The position numbers were made by a program, and so were the translations under genes. A model generated the notes under the pieces. The model worked only from the letters and a program-made list of their open reading frames with translations. It did no database searches and was not told the origin of the DNA. A DNA stretch of 64,000 nucleotides, taken from assembly GCA_963807155.1 (NCBI GenBank), contig CAWEAZ010000038.1, forward strand, positions 36,709-100,708. The letters are read 5' to 3'. Of the stretch, positions 62,102 to 64,000 are shown piece after piece; positions within the stretch are counted from its first letter, which is position 1; every line of letters begins with the position of its first letter. This stretch comes from an uncultured beta proteobacterium (GTDB taxonomy: Bacteria > Pseudomonadota > Gammaproteobacteria > Burkholderiales > Burkholderiaceae_F).

Positions 62102-64000
62102 CTAAGGCAGCTCAGTGCTGCCCGCCGCTTTTGGAGTGACTGTTCCAAGGCGGGTTTTCAACGACGGCGGCGCCTTGTTGTCGAACAATGCGGCGTAGTA
62201 GACGCTGTTCGACATGACCTTCTTCACGTAGTCGCGGGTTTCATTGAACGGAATCGACTCTGCGAACACGGCGCCTTCCACCGGCTTTGACAACGATGCG
62301 CGCCATGCGCGCGGGCGGCCGGGCCCGGCGTTGTATGCAGCGGTGGCCAGTACCGGTGAGCCGTCGAGATCGTCGAGCACCATTTTCAGATAGCCGGTGC
62401 CCAGCTGCAGGTTGACGTCGAGCTCGTTGACGCGCGCGGGTGTGAAGTTCGTAACGTTCAAACGCTTCGCCACGTAGCGCGCCGTCGCCGGCATCAGCTG
62501 CATCAATCCACTGGCGCCGACCGAAGAACGTGCGTCAGTGATGAAACGCGACTCCTGGCGAATCAACCCGTAAACCCAGTTTTCGTCCAGACCGAGCGGC
62601 GCCGAATATTGAATCAACGAATCGCGAAACGGGGCCGGGAACCGCTGGGTAAAGTCGAACTCGGTCTTGGTGCGATCCGATGTGCTGATCATGCGGTCCA
62701 GAACGCCACGCTTTCGCGCAAACTCGGCTGCAGCTAACAGCTGGCGATCGCTTAGTCCGCGCATCTGCCAGTTCCATTCGCGATTACCCTCGAGCCGCAT
62801 TCCAACCTCGTAAAACTTGAATGCGCGCACGAAGCCGGCATTCGATTCGAACGGTGCAACTTCTTCCGCAGTCGGAGCTTCGGCGCGAGGCGGCAGCGCG
62901 ATCGGTTGTGCAAGCTCTTCGGCCGCCAGCTGCCCATAAAAATGAAACTGCGGAGCGATGCGCGCGAACTGCTCCTGCGCCTCAGCGACGCGTCCTGCCT
63001 GGCGCAGTGCGCGGCCATGCCAGTAGACCCATGTCGGGTCTTCGCGCAAGGCAGTGGGCATCCGATCGATCACCGCCTTCACTGTTTTCCAGTCATCCGC
63101 GCGCAGCGCACTGCGCACCTGCCACTCGAGCACTTCGTCGACTCTGGCCGCATCGGGGCCGATACCGACGTGTTCACCGCCACGCCGATACCAATCGTTG
63201 GCTTCGCGCATTAACCGCAGCGCCGCCATGTGGCCGATGCGGCCCCAGACGATGCCGCGCTGCTCAGGCGTCAGCAACAAGTTCAACGCGCCCGCGTATT
63301 CCGCAGCGTCTTGCGGGTTGTCGCGCGCGAGCCGCACGACCGCCACCATCGCCAGCTCACGCTGTACTTCGGTCAGCCGCCGCTCGTGCACCGTCAAAAA
63401 TGCCGCGGGTCGATCGATCGCCTGCGCCAACAGTTTCTGATCGACAAGCCGCCCGCTCGCATCGAGTGCGCGCGTGCCGATGCGCTTGGCGACATCGAGT
63501 TGGTTCTGCTCGACCAGCGCGCGCACGCGTTCCCACACCGAGACGCGGTTATCCGTCAGCAGCGCCTCAGTGAGCGCGATGCATCCTTCACCGGCCGCGT
63601 TGGTCGTGTTGGCGAGCAGCTGGCGCGCTTCACGCGCAATAGCGTCGGCTTGCTTGGCGGCGGCGCGCCGGTACTTCGACAACGTCGAATAGCAGCGGAA
63701 TTGCGCGTCGTCGGTCCACCATGCAAGTTGCGCGGCCTCCCGTTCAAACCCCTGGTAGTCGCCGCGGTTCGCCAAGGCGAGGGCCACATCGAAGCGCAGC
63801 CGATCGGCAATGTAGGTACCTGCATGGCGGCTCATGAACTGCGCCACGTCGGACACCGCTTTCGGTTCAGCGCTGCGGATCTGTCCGAGCAGCTGCCAAT
63901 ACTCGATGTACGCGGCTAAAGGATGACCGGCAAGGCGCGCAGCCGCCTGCGCGAGGCGCTCGCGATCGCCGACTCGAACTGCATCGCGCGCGCTCAGAAA
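62102..64000 (-). CDS. slt: Soluble lytic murein transglycosylase (Slt70-like), 5' end beyond the window
   Basis: C-terminal lysozyme-like domain with LIRQESRF, GLMQLMPATA and AAYNAGPGR. The superhelical N-domain frame stays open to position 64000. Confidence 0.85.
   Translation of the reverse strand, partial: FLSARDAVRVGDRERLAQAAARLAGHPLAAYIEYWQLLGQIRSAEPKAVSDVAQFMSRHAGTYIADRLRFDVALALANRGDYQGFEREAAQLAWWTDDAQFRCYSTLSKYRRAAAKQADAIAREARQLLANTTNAAGEGCIALTEALLTDNRVSVWERVRALVEQNQLDVAKRIGTRALDASGRLVDQKLLAQAIDRPAAFLTVHERRLTEVQRELAMVAVVRLARDNPQDAAEYAGALNLLLTPEQRGIVWGRIGHMAALRLMREANDWYRRGGEHVGIGPDAARVDEVLEWQVRSALRADDWKTVKAVIDRMPTALREDPTWVYWHGRALRQAGRVAEAQEQFARIAPQFHFYGQLAAEELAQPIALPPRAEAPTAEEVAPFESNAGFVRAFKFYEVGMRLEGNREWNWQMRGLSDRQLLAAAEFARKRGVLDRMISTSDRTKTEFDFTQRFPAPFRDSLIQYSAPLGLDENWVYGLIRQESRFITDARSSVGASGLMQLMPATARYVAKRLNVTNFTPARVNELDVNLQLGTGYLKMVLDDLDGSPVLATAAYNAGPGRPRAWRASLSKPVEGAVFAESIPFNETRDYVKKVMSNSVYYAALFDNKAPPSLKTRLGTVTPKAAGSTELP

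Noticed and set aside
1-64000. CRISPR arrays, tRNA/rRNA genes, IS elements, integrases, and phage or conjugation genes flanking the two accessory blocks
   Set aside because: I could not find any by eye. The intergenic gaps are short (mostly under 200 bp) and none shows cloverleaf-like or repeat-spacer structure. A tRNAscan/Infernal run would be needed to exclude small RNAs.

Overview
This is a GC-rich chromosomal window that looks betaproteobacterial (Burkholderiales-like), judging from a Bug/TctC binding protein and the gene orders lpoA-yraN-BON, dac-dat-ybeD-lipB-lipA and birA-coaX. About two thirds is housekeeping: lipoate synthesis, cell-wall enzymes, birA/coaX, ilvA, srkA, ttcA, folB, cca and slt. 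Two accessory blocks stand out.

(1) About 24.4-41.7 kb is a xanthomonadin-like aryl-polyene (APE) lipid biosynthetic cluster. In order it encodes a XanB2-type chorismatase, a halogenase remnant, MipA, an AMP-ligase, a dehydratase, a LolA-like protein, an MMPL exporter, KS, a KS-like CLF, a dehydratase and a PPTase. A second operon follows with an acyltransferase, ACP, GT2, an LpxL-like acyltransferase, FabG, a methyltransferase, a deacetylase and a second methyltransferase.

(2) About 44.2-54.3 kb encodes a large SARP-type (wHTH-BTAD + AAA ATPase + TPR) regulator followed by seven signal-peptide ORFs with no assignable function. These include an Ivy-type lysozyme-inhibitor domain fusion and two paralogous families in a mirrored A1-B1-(small ORF)-B2-A2 order. 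An 11-bp-phased TAACG direct repeat lies upstream of both the regulator gene and the first secreted gene. This second block is my best candidate for an undescribed system.

A striking technical or biological feature is that roughly 40 reading-frame breaks are visible by eye. They are almost all +1 (one extra base) and are strongly clustered in the two accessory blocks. A few also hit core genes (lpoA, birA, ttcA, the big FAD/Fe-S oxidoreductase).

I found no rRNA, tRNA, CRISPR array, transposase or integrase. All product calls rest on motif and family recognition by eye plus synteny; no database search was run.
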